NCBI GenBank assembly: GCA_964409875.1
Contig: CAYPEN010000002.1
Coordinates: forward strand, 1,067 to 65,066
DNA from: an uncultured Gammaproteobacteria bacterium
GTDB taxonomy: Bacteria > Patescibacteriota > Microgenomatia > Levybacterales > GWA1-39-11
Reading direction: 5' to 3'
DNA length: 64,000 bases
In this document: one piece after another, positions 48,957 through 57,751 of the stretch
How the letters are laid out: each line of letters begins with the position of its first letter
Position numbering within the stretch: position 1 is the first letter of the stretch
Notes under the pieces: generated by a model
What the model saw: the letters and a program-made list of their open reading frames with translations, nothing else
Databases searched by the model: none
Told to the model about the DNA's origin: nothing
Position numbers and translations under genes: made by a program

Positions 48957-49033
48957 CTAATTAATGATATAGGTAGCTTCATTAAAGTTTGGTTTTCATA
49001 AAAACCAAACTGATTCTTAATTAGATGCTACCT
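48957..49033. repeat. Terminator-containing 3' module copy 2
   Basis: About 93% identical to copy 1. Sits between convergent genes. Confidence 0.6.
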
Positions 49034-49064
49034 CTATAGTTAACTAGCATACTATATTCATTTC

Positions 49065-49985
49065 TTAATTCTTCTCTCTTTCCTCAAATTTTATCAGAGA
49101 GTAGCGAGCCAGACGCTCAATGCTAGGATTCTTATCTTTCATTACATCAAAATACCTCATAACGATTCCTAATGCATCTTTCCACTCTCCAAGGTAAACT
49201 TCTGACAAAGGCTTGACACTATGCTTACCGGTTGCGACACGGCGGATAAATTCAATAACTTCACCGACATTTCTATTAGGCCACTCTTCTCCCCAAACGA
49301 CCATTGATGAAAATTCTTTTTTTAAATTCTTTTTTATGAGCTCATCTATTTTTTTGTATTCGCGCTCCACCCACTCGCCGTCAATGTTATTCAGCTTTTG
49401 TGCTAATTCCTCAGAAATATGAGGCTTAGGAAGTATTTTTTGCTCAATACCAGCTTTAAGAGGGGTTTCCTTCTTTTCTCTTGAGAATTTTCCCTGTTTT
49501 CTTTTTATATGCATCGACTCGATTGAACCTCTTATATACTCTGACATGGGATGCTCTCCCCAAAGAGCCGATGCCTCCTTGAGACTATCCTCAAGCGTCA
49601 TTTTATTACGAGGAGCTGGCATTGAGCTTTGTCTATGATTGACATATAAATAGGAAAAAGCGGTAAGAAGATTGTCCCGGTCACAAACAGAAACACTTGA
49701 ATAGTTATTTCCTCTCTGTTCTGTTGTTATACAATCAAACCTTTTAAGAACCGCGAGACGGTTGTTAAGCCTGTTATAATTTTCCTCCTGATTTAGTCTA
49801 TATATAGGAAGCATTGAAGGAGACATGTTGTGAAGTGTTGCATTCAAGTTATAGGCGCTTTCATCAAACCTTACGGCATTTTCACTCAGCGTATTTAAGA
49901 ATTTCTGAAAGTCTGGATTTCCTATTTTGTCGAGTTCCTCATATGTAATAAGCGGCAGGGATTGAGAATGAGGCTGTTTTTCCAT
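49065..49985 (-). CDS. hypothetical protein (306 aa)
   Basis: Clean ORF with no recognisable motif. Confidence 0.5.
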   Translation of the reverse strand: MEKQPHSQSLPLITYEELDKIGNPDFQKFLNTLSENAVRFDESAYNLNATLHNMSPSMLPIYRLNQEENYNRLNNRLAVLKRFDCITTEQRGNNYSSVSVCDRDNLLTAFSYLYVNHRQSSMPAPRNKMTLEDSLKEASALWGEHPMSEYIRGSIESMHIKRKQGKFSREKKETPLKAGIEQKILPKPHISEELAQKLNNIDGEWVEREYKKIDELIKKNLKKEFSSMVVWGEEWPNRNVGEVIEFIRRVATGKHSVKPLSEVYLGEWKDALGIVMRYFDVMKDKNPSIERLARYSLIKFEEREKN

Positions 49986-50106
49986 AAGATATAAAGTTTT
50001 GAAATCCTCCAGGAATTAGTATATGCCGAATTTATATTTTTTCAACCTCAACCGCTGCATTCCCCCAAACCCACCAACACATTCCGTGATATACAATATT
50101 CTTTAT

Positions 50107-50165
50107 ACTCCCGTCCCTCTTCTCTATCCTTGACATTCCCATTTGAACGTAGCAAAAATTAAATT
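50107..50165. promoter_or_regulatory. Conserved upstream element E copy 1 (ccctcttctct..cttgacattccc.tttgaacgtagcaa)
   Basis: About 85% identical to 51298-51352. Contains a TTGACA -35-like hexamer. Confidence 0.45.
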
Positions 50166-50188
50166 ACCCAAGAACTATATAGAATATA

Positions 50189-50518
50189 ATGACAAGAATT
50201 ATCTACTACACAGATGCCTCATCAAATCCGGTAAAAGACTTTATCGATTCACTCGATAACAAGCAAAAAGCTAAAATATTTAGGATATTTCAATACATAG
50301 AAGTCTATGGATTATTATCTGTTTTGCCTCATGTTAAGAAGCTTTCGGGAACAGACCTTTGGGAAATTCGAATTCTTGGCAAAGACAACCTACGGATAAT
50401 TTATGTAACTATTACTCCAGAATCAATTGTAGTGCTTCATGGATTTATCAAGAAAACTCAAAAAACATCTTCCAAAGATCTTAGTATCGCACTAAAAAGG
50501 CGAGCTAATTTGAAGTAA
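50189..50518 (+). CDS. type II toxin, RelE/ParE superfamily (HigB-like)
   Basis: Toxin-first gene order. LWEIRI...RIIY...LHGFIKKTQKT. Confidence 0.6.
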   Translation: MTRIIYYTDASSNPVKDFIDSLDNKQKAKIFRIFQYIEVYGLLSVLPHVKKLSGTDLWEIRILGKDNLRIIYVTITPESIVVLHGFIKKTQKTSSKDLSIALKRRANLK

Positions 50519-50557
50519 AATATTGAATTTTGATATCATTTATGATATCATCACTCT

Positions 50558-50848
50558 ATGAGAACGAAAAATAAGATTTATACATTTAAAGAACACCTTA
50601 AAGAAAGCCTTAATGATTCGGATTTTAAAAAAGAGTGGGAGGCATCTGAAGCTGACTATCTTCTTGCTTGTCATATAATTGAGGCTAGACTCAAAAAAAA
50701 TCTTTCACAAAGAGAGCTTGCAAAAAAAATAGGCACTTCCCAGGCAGCTATTTCCCGCATCGAAAGCATGAATGGAAATCCTTCCCTTTCACTACTCAAA
50801 AGGATTGCCAACTCCCTCAGTATGAAGCTCAAAATCTCTTTCTCTTAA
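50558..50848 (+). CDS. XRE-family HTH antitoxin (HigA-like)
   Basis: LSQRELAKKIGTSQAAISRIE HTH. Immediately downstream of the toxin. Confidence 0.65.
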   Translation: MRTKNKIYTFKEHLKESLNDSDFKKEWEASEADYLLACHIIEARLKKNLSQRELAKKIGTSQAAISRIESMNGNPSLSLLKRIANSLSMKLKISFS

Positions 50849-50959
50849 TATAATTTGCTATCATTCATTTCAATTCACTGACCTACATGCGCGCCGATTA
50901 ATGGAAATAATTGATCTACTTCATTGACTTTGAAAAAAAATGGTCCTAAGATAAATAAT

Positions 50960-51256
50960 ATGGACACTCCTGCCCAACAGAATCAAAACCCACAAACAGT
51001 ACCACCTTGGAAACAACCACACATTCCCGTGACTCAAAAGGATATGACAGGGTTGAACCCTGTCAACTTGGAGGAATATGCATATTCAAGTTTGTCTACC
51101 TATAATAATCCTCCACAGAGACCTTGGATTGAAACAAAAACTATTCTTCAATATTTTGAATCAAGTAAAAACCCTGCCACTTCATATATGGAATTTGTCC
51201 GGATGATTGATGAAGATGAACCGGAATTATCCCTACTCACCATCGAAGATGAATAA
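50960..51256 (+). CDS. small hypothetical protein sharing its N-terminus with the 51395 gene product
   Basis: MDTPAQQNQNPQTVPP...HIPVTQKDM resembles MDPTAQQNQNPPPQTV...HLPVTPQEM, and the similarity extends to the DNA level. Confidence 0.35.
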   Translation: MDTPAQQNQNPQTVPPWKQPHIPVTQKDMTGLNPVNLEEYAYSSLSTYNNPPQRPWIETKTILQYFESSKNPATSYMEFVRMIDEDEPELSLLTIEDE

Positions 51257-51264
51257 ATAATCAG

Positions 51265-51289
51265 TTGACAGGGTTCAACCCTGTCAACT
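51265..51289. terminator. REP-like perfect palindrome gttgacaggg-ttcaa-ccctgtcaac
   Basis: 10-bp stem. Related copies at 51045-51066 and 57297-57319. Confidence 0.55.
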
Positions 51290-51297
51290 GTATTTCA

Positions 51298-51352
51298 CAT
51301 ACTTTCCCTCTTCTCTCTTGACTTTCCCTTTTGAACGTAGCAATATTAAAAT
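51298..51352. promoter_or_regulatory. Conserved upstream element E copy 2
   Basis: Matches 50107-50165. Lies upstream of the sulfatase-like gene. Confidence 0.45.
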
Positions 51353-51394
51353 AAGGTATATTTTTTAGAAATTAGTAATTAGAAATTATCTAAT

Positions 51395-52987
51395 ATGGAT
51401 CCAACTGCCCAACAAAACCAAAACCCACCTCCTCAGACAGTGGCTGAACAAATGCGCGCATCGCACTTGCCTGTAACTCCACAGGAAATGCAAATAGCAC
51501 CACCCCCAACTCGTAGTTCTTTCAATTTGAAAAGCCCTTTAATTTTTGTACTGATGATTATATTTATTTTTACCGCCGGACTAACCTATCGATATTTATC
51601 TTCTAAAAGCACGCTAATTTCAAAAAAAGAAACAGCTCTTACTACTAGCGAGCAAAAAAATAAAAAGAATATAATTGTTATTGATATCTGCAGCGCCCGT
51701 GCCGACCACTTCTCGTACAATGGATATTTTAGACAGACAACTCCAAATATCGACAAGTTGGCTGCAAAATCAACCGTCTTTACCAATGGCTGGACTCAGT
51801 CTGGCTGGTGCCTCCCAAATTTTGCAACAATGCTTACGGGAACCCGGCCCCATGTTAATAAAATAATTACTCCAAATAGCGACTTGTCCCATTTAGATAA
51901 GAATCTTTTAACAATCCAACAAATTCTTCAAAAAGCTGGATATAGTACCGCAGGCTTTTCAGGCACACGCTGGCTTACAAAAGACACGTTTGGTCTTGTT
52001 GATAAAGGATTTGATATATTTGAAAATCCTTATGATGTTAAAAACGCTCATCCAATGGTAGGGATGTCATTTGCAAATAATCTTCCGCTGGTAAATGACT
52101 TCTTAAAGTCACAAAAGACATCTTCCCAGCCTTTTTTCCTTTATATAACTGTTGATGACCTACATTCACCCTATGCGTCACCAAATCCTAATAAATATGA
52201 CCCTAGCTATAAAGGCATACTCGATAATATACCAAATGACATGGATCAAATGTCAGATTACAGCATAGCAGGAGGCGTTTTTGACAAAATTTACAATAAC
52301 AGCGCTGATTTAAATCAAAACGATAAAGTTACAAACCAGTTAAAAAATGCTGTAGAGGAATTTAAAAAAGATCCTAAAAACATGGAACATCTTATTGCAA
52401 GATATGATGCTTCATTAAATTACGTTGACAGCATGGTTGGAAAAGTTTTAGATGAATTAGATAATGACCAATTAATGAAAAATTCAATTGTTATAATAAC
52501 GGGTCATCAAGGAGAACAATTCGGAGAGCATAATTTACTGGGACATACTGAAAGCCTTTATGAGCCGATTTTACGGGTTCCCTTCATAATCTATGATCCT
52601 GAAACCTCAAATGGATCAAGAAGAGATCAACTTGTTGAACGTATTGATATTCCCGCCACTATCCTCGATGCAACAAATCAATTACAAAGTCATCAAAATC
52701 AATTTACAGGCACAAGCCTCCTGCCCTTGCTTAAAGATAACAATATAAATTGGAAAACCACAATTTTTGCAGAGTCAAAACCTCCCCGTACACAGAAGGT
52801 AACAAATAGGGATATTGAGGAAAAAGCAGTACGAAACAAACAGTATAAATTAATCTGGGATTCAAATAAGAAAGATCAATATCAGCTTTATGATTTGACA
52901 GCAGATCCTAAGGAAACTAAAAACTTAGCATTATCTTTACCCAATGTAGTATCTGAATTAAAATTAGAGTTGGATAAAAATAATTAG
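51395..52987 (+). CDS. N-anchored sulfatase-like hydrolase/transferase (alkaline-phosphatase superfamily)
   Basis: NIIVIDICSARADHF...GW...PNFATMLTG. The canonical C-x-P-x-R sulfatase motif is not intact (CSARA). Confidence 0.65.
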   Translation: MDPTAQQNQNPPPQTVAEQMRASHLPVTPQEMQIAPPPTRSSFNLKSPLIFVLMIIFIFTAGLTYRYLSSKSTLISKKETALTTSEQKNKKNIIVIDICSARADHFSYNGYFRQTTPNIDKLAAKSTVFTNGWTQSGWCLPNFATMLTGTRPHVNKIITPNSDLSHLDKNLLTIQQILQKAGYSTAGFSGTRWLTKDTFGLVDKGFDIFENPYDVKNAHPMVGMSFANNLPLVNDFLKSQKTSSQPFFLYITVDDLHSPYASPNPNKYDPSYKGILDNIPNDMDQMSDYSIAGGVFDKIYNNSADLNQNDKVTNQLKNAVEEFKKDPKNMEHLIARYDASLNYVDSMVGKVLDELDNDQLMKNSIVIITGHQGEQFGEHNLLGHTESLYEPILRVPFIIYDPETSNGSRRDQLVERIDIPATILDATNQLQSHQNQFTGTSLLPLLKDNNINWKTTIFAESKPPRTQKVTNRDIEEKAVRNKQYKLIWDSNKKDQYQLYDLTADPKETKNLALSLPNVVSELKLELDKNN

Positions 52988-52992
52988 AAAAA

Positions 52993-53772
52993 ATGAGCAC
53001 AAAATTTTTGACGGCTGTAGCTTTACTTGTATTAATCGGTGTAATCGGTGTAACAGTGTATTTATATATACTCAATCATTCAAGTTCAAAACAAACAGAA
53101 AATAATACTGTTCAAACACAGATCACTGACAAAGTACGTGATACGGCTATTCATATATGCGACAAAAAAGTATATACCTCACTTAATGAAGCTCTCAAAA
53201 ATCCGGAAAAAGTCTGTACACTCGACCTCTCAGGCCAAAAGCTGGCAACGCTTCCTTCAGGAATTTCAAAACTAACAAATTTAGAGTCACTTTATATAGG
53301 AAATAACCAGCTGAAAGAATTACCTGGTGAAATATTTCAGCTTAAGCTTTTAGTAAGACTAGATGCACCAGGCAATCAAGTTCAATTTATTCCAAGTGAA
53401 ATTGAAAATCTTACCAATCTTCAAATCCTTAACCTTAATAATAACCAAATTTTGATTGTACCAAAGCAGATTGGGAATCTTAAAAATTTAACAGACCTTC
53501 TCCTGGGAAATAATTCCCGTCAATTATCAGCAAATGTAAATTCTAAAGATGATGTTCCGCATCAAAAATTAAGTCAACTGCCTGATGAGATTAAAAACCT
53601 TACCAGTCTTTCAAATTTGGTCCTAATTAACGATGGGTTTGATAATGCTGAAAAAATGAGAATAAAGCAGCTAATGGGAAGGCCGGGTGTTGTTCATTTT
53701 GATACCCTTACTACAATTGAGTCAGAAATTATTCCCTCTGCATCACCTACGGCGGGTCCGACAAATAAGTAA
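52993..53772 (+). CDS. N-anchored leucine-rich-repeat protein
   Basis: Repeated LxxLxxLxLxxNxL units (LTNLESLYIGNNQLKELP...). Confidence 0.7.
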   Translation: MSTKFLTAVALLVLIGVIGVTVYLYILNHSSSKQTENNTVQTQITDKVRDTAIHICDKKVYTSLNEALKNPEKVCTLDLSGQKLATLPSGISKLTNLESLYIGNNQLKELPGEIFQLKLLVRLDAPGNQVQFIPSEIENLTNLQILNLNNNQILIVPKQIGNLKNLTDLLLGNNSRQLSANVNSKDDVPHQKLSQLPDEIKNLTSLSNLVLINDGFDNAEKMRIKQLMGRPGVVHFDTLTTIESEIIPSASPTAGPTNK

Positions 53773-53953
53773 TACTCGAGGCATTTCTTAGTAAGCCATA
53801 GAGACAATATTATTGCTTAAAGGTAAGTTAAATTTATTAAGTCTATGCCAATACTAAAAAGCGTTTCTGTGATATTCTGCTGTAGAATAGTAAAAACAGC
53901 ATCCGCGCTATAGAAAGATAATTACAAACTACAATAAACAGCTTAAAAACTTT

Positions 53954-56900
53954 TTAATAGCACCCTAGTGGACCTTGCGGCGACAGGCACACAACACCTG
54001 AACCCATACACATATCTCCGCTCAAAGCACACGATGCATTTCCATTTATTGCAGTTTGTCCACAGGACACTGTTGTCGCAGTCGTCGATGAACAACTAGT
54101 GTTACCAGCTGACGAACAGAACGCTGAACCACAACAACCTACGTAATTCGGGGGAGGGCCGCAATCGTAACCTACACATTGGCTGGTCTGAACAATTGCA
54201 GCACAAACATATCCAGAAAATTGACCATTTGCGCTCGTACCTAAGTAACTTGTCATAGAATTACTGCAATTGTAGTCAAAGCTCCCATCTCCTCTGTTTG
54301 TAGTCTGGTAGCTTCCACTGTATCCTGGGTTGGCAGTTGCATTGCCATCGTAACAATCAAGGCCAGATGAAGTTGCTCGATACCCTGAAGGAAGTGAAGC
54401 ACCTGAGCATACATTTGAAGGTGTTGTGCTCGTTGTGTACCCATCACCGTCAGAATCCTGATACCCACTCAAATTCTGCCATTTTGTCGCGTCGCTATCA
54501 TTACAATCGGTACCCGGACTTGAATTAAATCCCGCAGGCAAAGCGCCTCCAGAACAAACAGGCGTAGCGGAATTTCCAACTACCCCGTCCTTGTCCCCAT
54601 CAACATAGGCATTTAAATTTTGGTATAAATTTATATTATTGTCATTACAATCGTTAGCATTCATAGACCATGGACCTGTGGGAGTATTATTGGCTACGCA
54701 AAGTGTTGTCGTTGCATAATTTGACCTAAGTCCGAATATAATTACACCTCCATATCCGGAAGACGACAAAGTTGCGCTTTTTACGCCTGTTGGACCTGCA
54801 CTATTCTGCATAACATCTGATATTGATACCATTCTTCCTCCTGTATTATTTGTATCCGCCCTCTCTGTCATGCCTGCAGGTGGCGTCCAAGAAGCTAACC
54901 CTGAACTTCTATATGCACCCGCAACCACAACAATCAATTCATAAGGGTATGATGTAGTTATTCCGGAAGAAGTTTGAAAAGCTGTTTGGAGAGAGTTATT
55001 ATTCCCAATTACAGTCACCTGAGAAGTATCAACTGGACTTGAGGAATTCACATTATCATATGCAACAATGTTACCTGCAAATGCCGTTACATTAGGACTT
55101 GCACTCCATGTATATGATGCAGGTTCTCCTCCTACTGCTACTTTATAGTAAACCGCAGTAGAAGACACTGTGGGCGAATTGTTGTCTACACGGTTTATCA
55201 AATTCCAACCTGCTGGAGGGGTTAATACTATGCTCGAACCACCAAAGGTAATGGATGCGATCAAAACAACTCCACTATCTACTCCTGCTGCAGGATTGTT
55301 AATAGTGACACTTGCCGTGGAGCCTGTATTATATCCTGTGCCTGCTGCACTTCCCTTAAATTGTATTGTTGAACTTGCTCCATTATGATCACCGTCGTTG
55401 TCGGCATACACAGTCGTATTTACGCAGCTTGAGGGGGTTGTGACATACGATGTTGCGGATGCTGTACCTGCACCTGCTGCATTTTTGGCCTTAACTGCAT
55501 ATCCATAAGTAGTGGTTTGCGAGACGGTGTTGTCAGTATAAGAAGTCAAAGCAGTGCTTGTTAATGTTGCAGAAGGTGAACATGATCCGTTTGTGCAGCG
55601 CAATAAATCATATCCATTGGTTATCGACGGCACTGCACCGCCTGTCTGAGTTCCACTCCAACTAATTGAGGTCTGGTTATAGGCAGGAGCCGAAACATTC
55701 ACTGTCGTTGGTGCGCAAGGCGTGCCATTAGAATCGTCCTGACAGTCGGTTGCCCCGCTTCCTAATGCGCTTCCCGCATCCATATATGTATATGCGCCTG
55801 GAGTAGCGCTCGTGGTAAAAGGCAAAACCGCCGTGTCGTACCGTGTACCATTTGCATTTGTTGCCATAACACAGAAGTAATAGGTTTGATTTGCCGAAAG
55901 GCTAGGCAATGTTGCTTGTGTCGTGGCACCGGATAAATTTGATGTCCCAGTTAGCCCTGTTGGCCCGGCAAGCGTATTCGGCTGGAGGTTACATGCAACG
56001 CCGGGCGTAGTTCCCCACAGATAGCTGATGCTGGTGCTTGCACCATTTGGATTTACTGTTGAGTTAAGTATTGCCGAATTCGTCGTAAGACTGCTCGCCG
56101 CACTTGTTGTAACAGTTGGCGCTGCAGGGGGCGTACTCCATACCATTGCATAAAGGCCGGTACATCGTTCAGTCGATGAGGTACTACCATTTAAAACACC
56201 TATTTCGATTGCATCAAGAGTCGCTGTTGTCCAACCAGACCCATTATTTGGATTTGTGTCATTGAGTTTAGCTAAAGATGCATAGGCTCCTATACCAGGA
56301 TCACTAGAAGTTGTATCACTATTAGTGATACCTGGAGAATTTGTCCGTAAACGGACTATAGTACCAGGAGAACTACCAGCTTCTGTTTTGCATATAGTTA
56401 ATGTTTTAACTGTTCCAATTCCATTAGATACTCCAGCAGTCGAACTGCTGTCGACAGTAAATGTAGATACATTTCCAGCTGTGTTTGCATCGCGGATATA
56501 GGTAGTATCTCCATTTGGCGGCACTTCATTAACCTGATTATACGCTGTTCCTGTTCCAGTTCCCCATAATTGAGCAAAACCAGCTCCTTTCGGCTTTAAA
56601 ATATTTACCTGCCCCGCCCCGGGATAAGCAGAATCGCTTATTGCAACATCGTCATAGTACCAATTGGCTGTATATGAATTTATCGGATCACCTAGAACAA
56701 GTTGATCCTGTGTGTAATTATAAGATGTCCATGTTTGAGGAGTCCCACCATCCACTTTGGCTTCACTTAGTCCGTTAGAAACGATTTTTGCCTCAATTCT
56801 ATACCATGTACCAGCGTTAAGAGTGGCTATATTTGCAGAGAAGCCGCTAGCACCAAATCCTGTTAGTACACCGGAAGAATTCACATAGAGACTTGCTATA

Positions 56901-57280
56901 TTGTTACTACCAGAATCTCTCCATGCAGAAATAAGCAAATTGCTTCCAGGCAAACTTCCCATATAGAAATAAAAGGTATAATACGTGGCAGCTGTGCGCC
57001 CTAAGAATGCACCATTACCATTGGTTGCTAAACCACGAATGGTAACGCCTCCATTTGTTCCACTAGGATTTATGCGAAGTGCATAATTTCCAGTACGCTT
57101 AGTTAATGACTGAATAGAATAAGTTCCATTTGTACTATATAATTCGGAAGAATCACCTGTCTCAAATCCAGTTATATTTAAATAAGCAGCTTCGGATTTT
57201 TGAACGAAGGCGAAACCACTGAAAATAACCAACAGCAAGCTAGCAAGTACTATTTTGTTAATAAATCCTATTTTTTTCAT
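53954..57280 (-). CDS. large secreted adhesin-like protein (1108 aa) with MopE-type metal-binding motifs and Cys-rich C-terminus
   Basis: Signal peptide MKKIGFINKIVLASLLLVIFSGFAFVQKSEA. D-x-D-x-D-G motifs. Shares a domain with the 978-aa protein. Confidence 0.7.
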   Translation of the reverse strand: MKKIGFINKIVLASLLLVIFSGFAFVQKSEAAYLNITGFETGDSSELYSTNGTYSIQSLTKRTGNYALRINPSGTNGGVTIRGLATNGNGAFLGRTAATYYTFYFYMGSLPGSNLLISAWRDSGSNNIASLYVNSSGVLTGFGASGFSANIATLNAGTWYRIEAKIVSNGLSEAKVDGGTPQTWTSYNYTQDQLVLGDPINSYTANWYYDDVAISDSAYPGAGQVNILKPKGAGFAQLWGTGTGTAYNQVNEVPPNGDTTYIRDANTAGNVSTFTVDSSSTAGVSNGIGTVKTLTICKTEAGSSPGTIVRLRTNSPGITNSDTTSSDPGIGAYASLAKLNDTNPNNGSGWTTATLDAIEIGVLNGSTSSTERCTGLYAMVWSTPPAAPTVTTSAASSLTTNSAILNSTVNPNGASTSISYLWGTTPGVACNLQPNTLAGPTGLTGTSNLSGATTQATLPSLSANQTYYFCVMATNANGTRYDTAVLPFTTSATPGAYTYMDAGSALGSGATDCQDDSNGTPCAPTTVNVSAPAYNQTSISWSGTQTGGAVPSITNGYDLLRCTNGSCSPSATLTSTALTSYTDNTVSQTTTYGYAVKAKNAAGAGTASATSYVTTPSSCVNTTVYADNDGDHNGASSTIQFKGSAAGTGYNTGSTASVTINNPAAGVDSGVVLIASITFGGSSIVLTPPAGWNLINRVDNNSPTVSSTAVYYKVAVGGEPASYTWSASPNVTAFAGNIVAYDNVNSSSPVDTSQVTVIGNNNSLQTAFQTSSGITTSYPYELIVVVAGAYRSSGLASWTPPAGMTERADTNNTGGRMVSISDVMQNSAGPTGVKSATLSSSGYGGVIIFGLRSNYATTTLCVANNTPTGPWSMNANDCNDNNINLYQNLNAYVDGDKDGVVGNSATPVCSGGALPAGFNSSPGTDCNDSDATKWQNLSGYQDSDGDGYTTSTTPSNVCSGASLPSGYRATSSGLDCYDGNATANPGYSGSYQTTNRGDGSFDYNCSNSMTSYLGTSANGQFSGYVCAAIVQTSQCVGYDCGPPPNYVGCCGSAFCSSAGNTSCSSTTATTVSCGQTAINGNASCALSGDMCMGSGVVCLSPQGPLGCY

Positions 57281-57296
57281 TGTTTCGTTTCACTCC

Positions 57297-57319
57297 GTGA
57301 CAGGGTTGGACCCTGTCAC
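57297..57319. repeat. REP-like palindrome gtgacagggttggaccctgtcac overlapping a stop codon
   Basis: Same core as 51265-51289. Sits between the small anchored gene and the 1108-aa gene. Confidence 0.5.
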
Positions 57320-57711
57320 TTCACTACCACCTTTCCTTTATGGCCTGCTTCATCTACATATGTATATGTACCATCCTTTTCAAACAGGCTTGTTGCAATA
57401 TCATGCCCATTGAAGACAAACTCCTTGGAGTATTGCACCTCACCCTCCCACTTCAAAAGCACTTTTTTATCCAGTGGGTTGGTGAAGCGCACTAACATTC
57501 CTTTTGAAATGACGATTTCTTTTGGCGAAAAACCTGACGGCAACACCCGCACAACTGCAAAGCTCGGCTCTTTGGTGGGAGTTGGCCCTGTCATAGAAGT
57601 ACTGGTGCTTTTTCCACCCTTTTTAGGCGAGAGAAAACCAAATCCCAGCGCAACAAGACCGATAAGTACGGCGACTCCTATAAGTAATAATGCTACTCGT
57701 TTTGTTTCCAT
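57316..57711 (-). CDS. small N-anchored beta-rich protein (family member 1 of 4; cupredoxin-like fold suspected, no Cu ligand set)
   Basis: N-terminal TM followed by a beta-rich domain of about 100 aa ending GKVVVK. Confidence 0.6.
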   Translation of the reverse strand: METKRVALLLIGVAVLIGLVALGFGFLSPKKGGKSTSTSMTGPTPTKEPSFAVVRVLPSGFSPKEIVISKGMLVRFTNPLDKKVLLKWEGEVQYSKEFVFNGHDIATSLFEKDGTYTYVDEAGHKGKVVVK

Positions 57712-57751
57712 ATTCTCTTAACTTTCCCTTTAAACTTCCAACTTCTATCAC

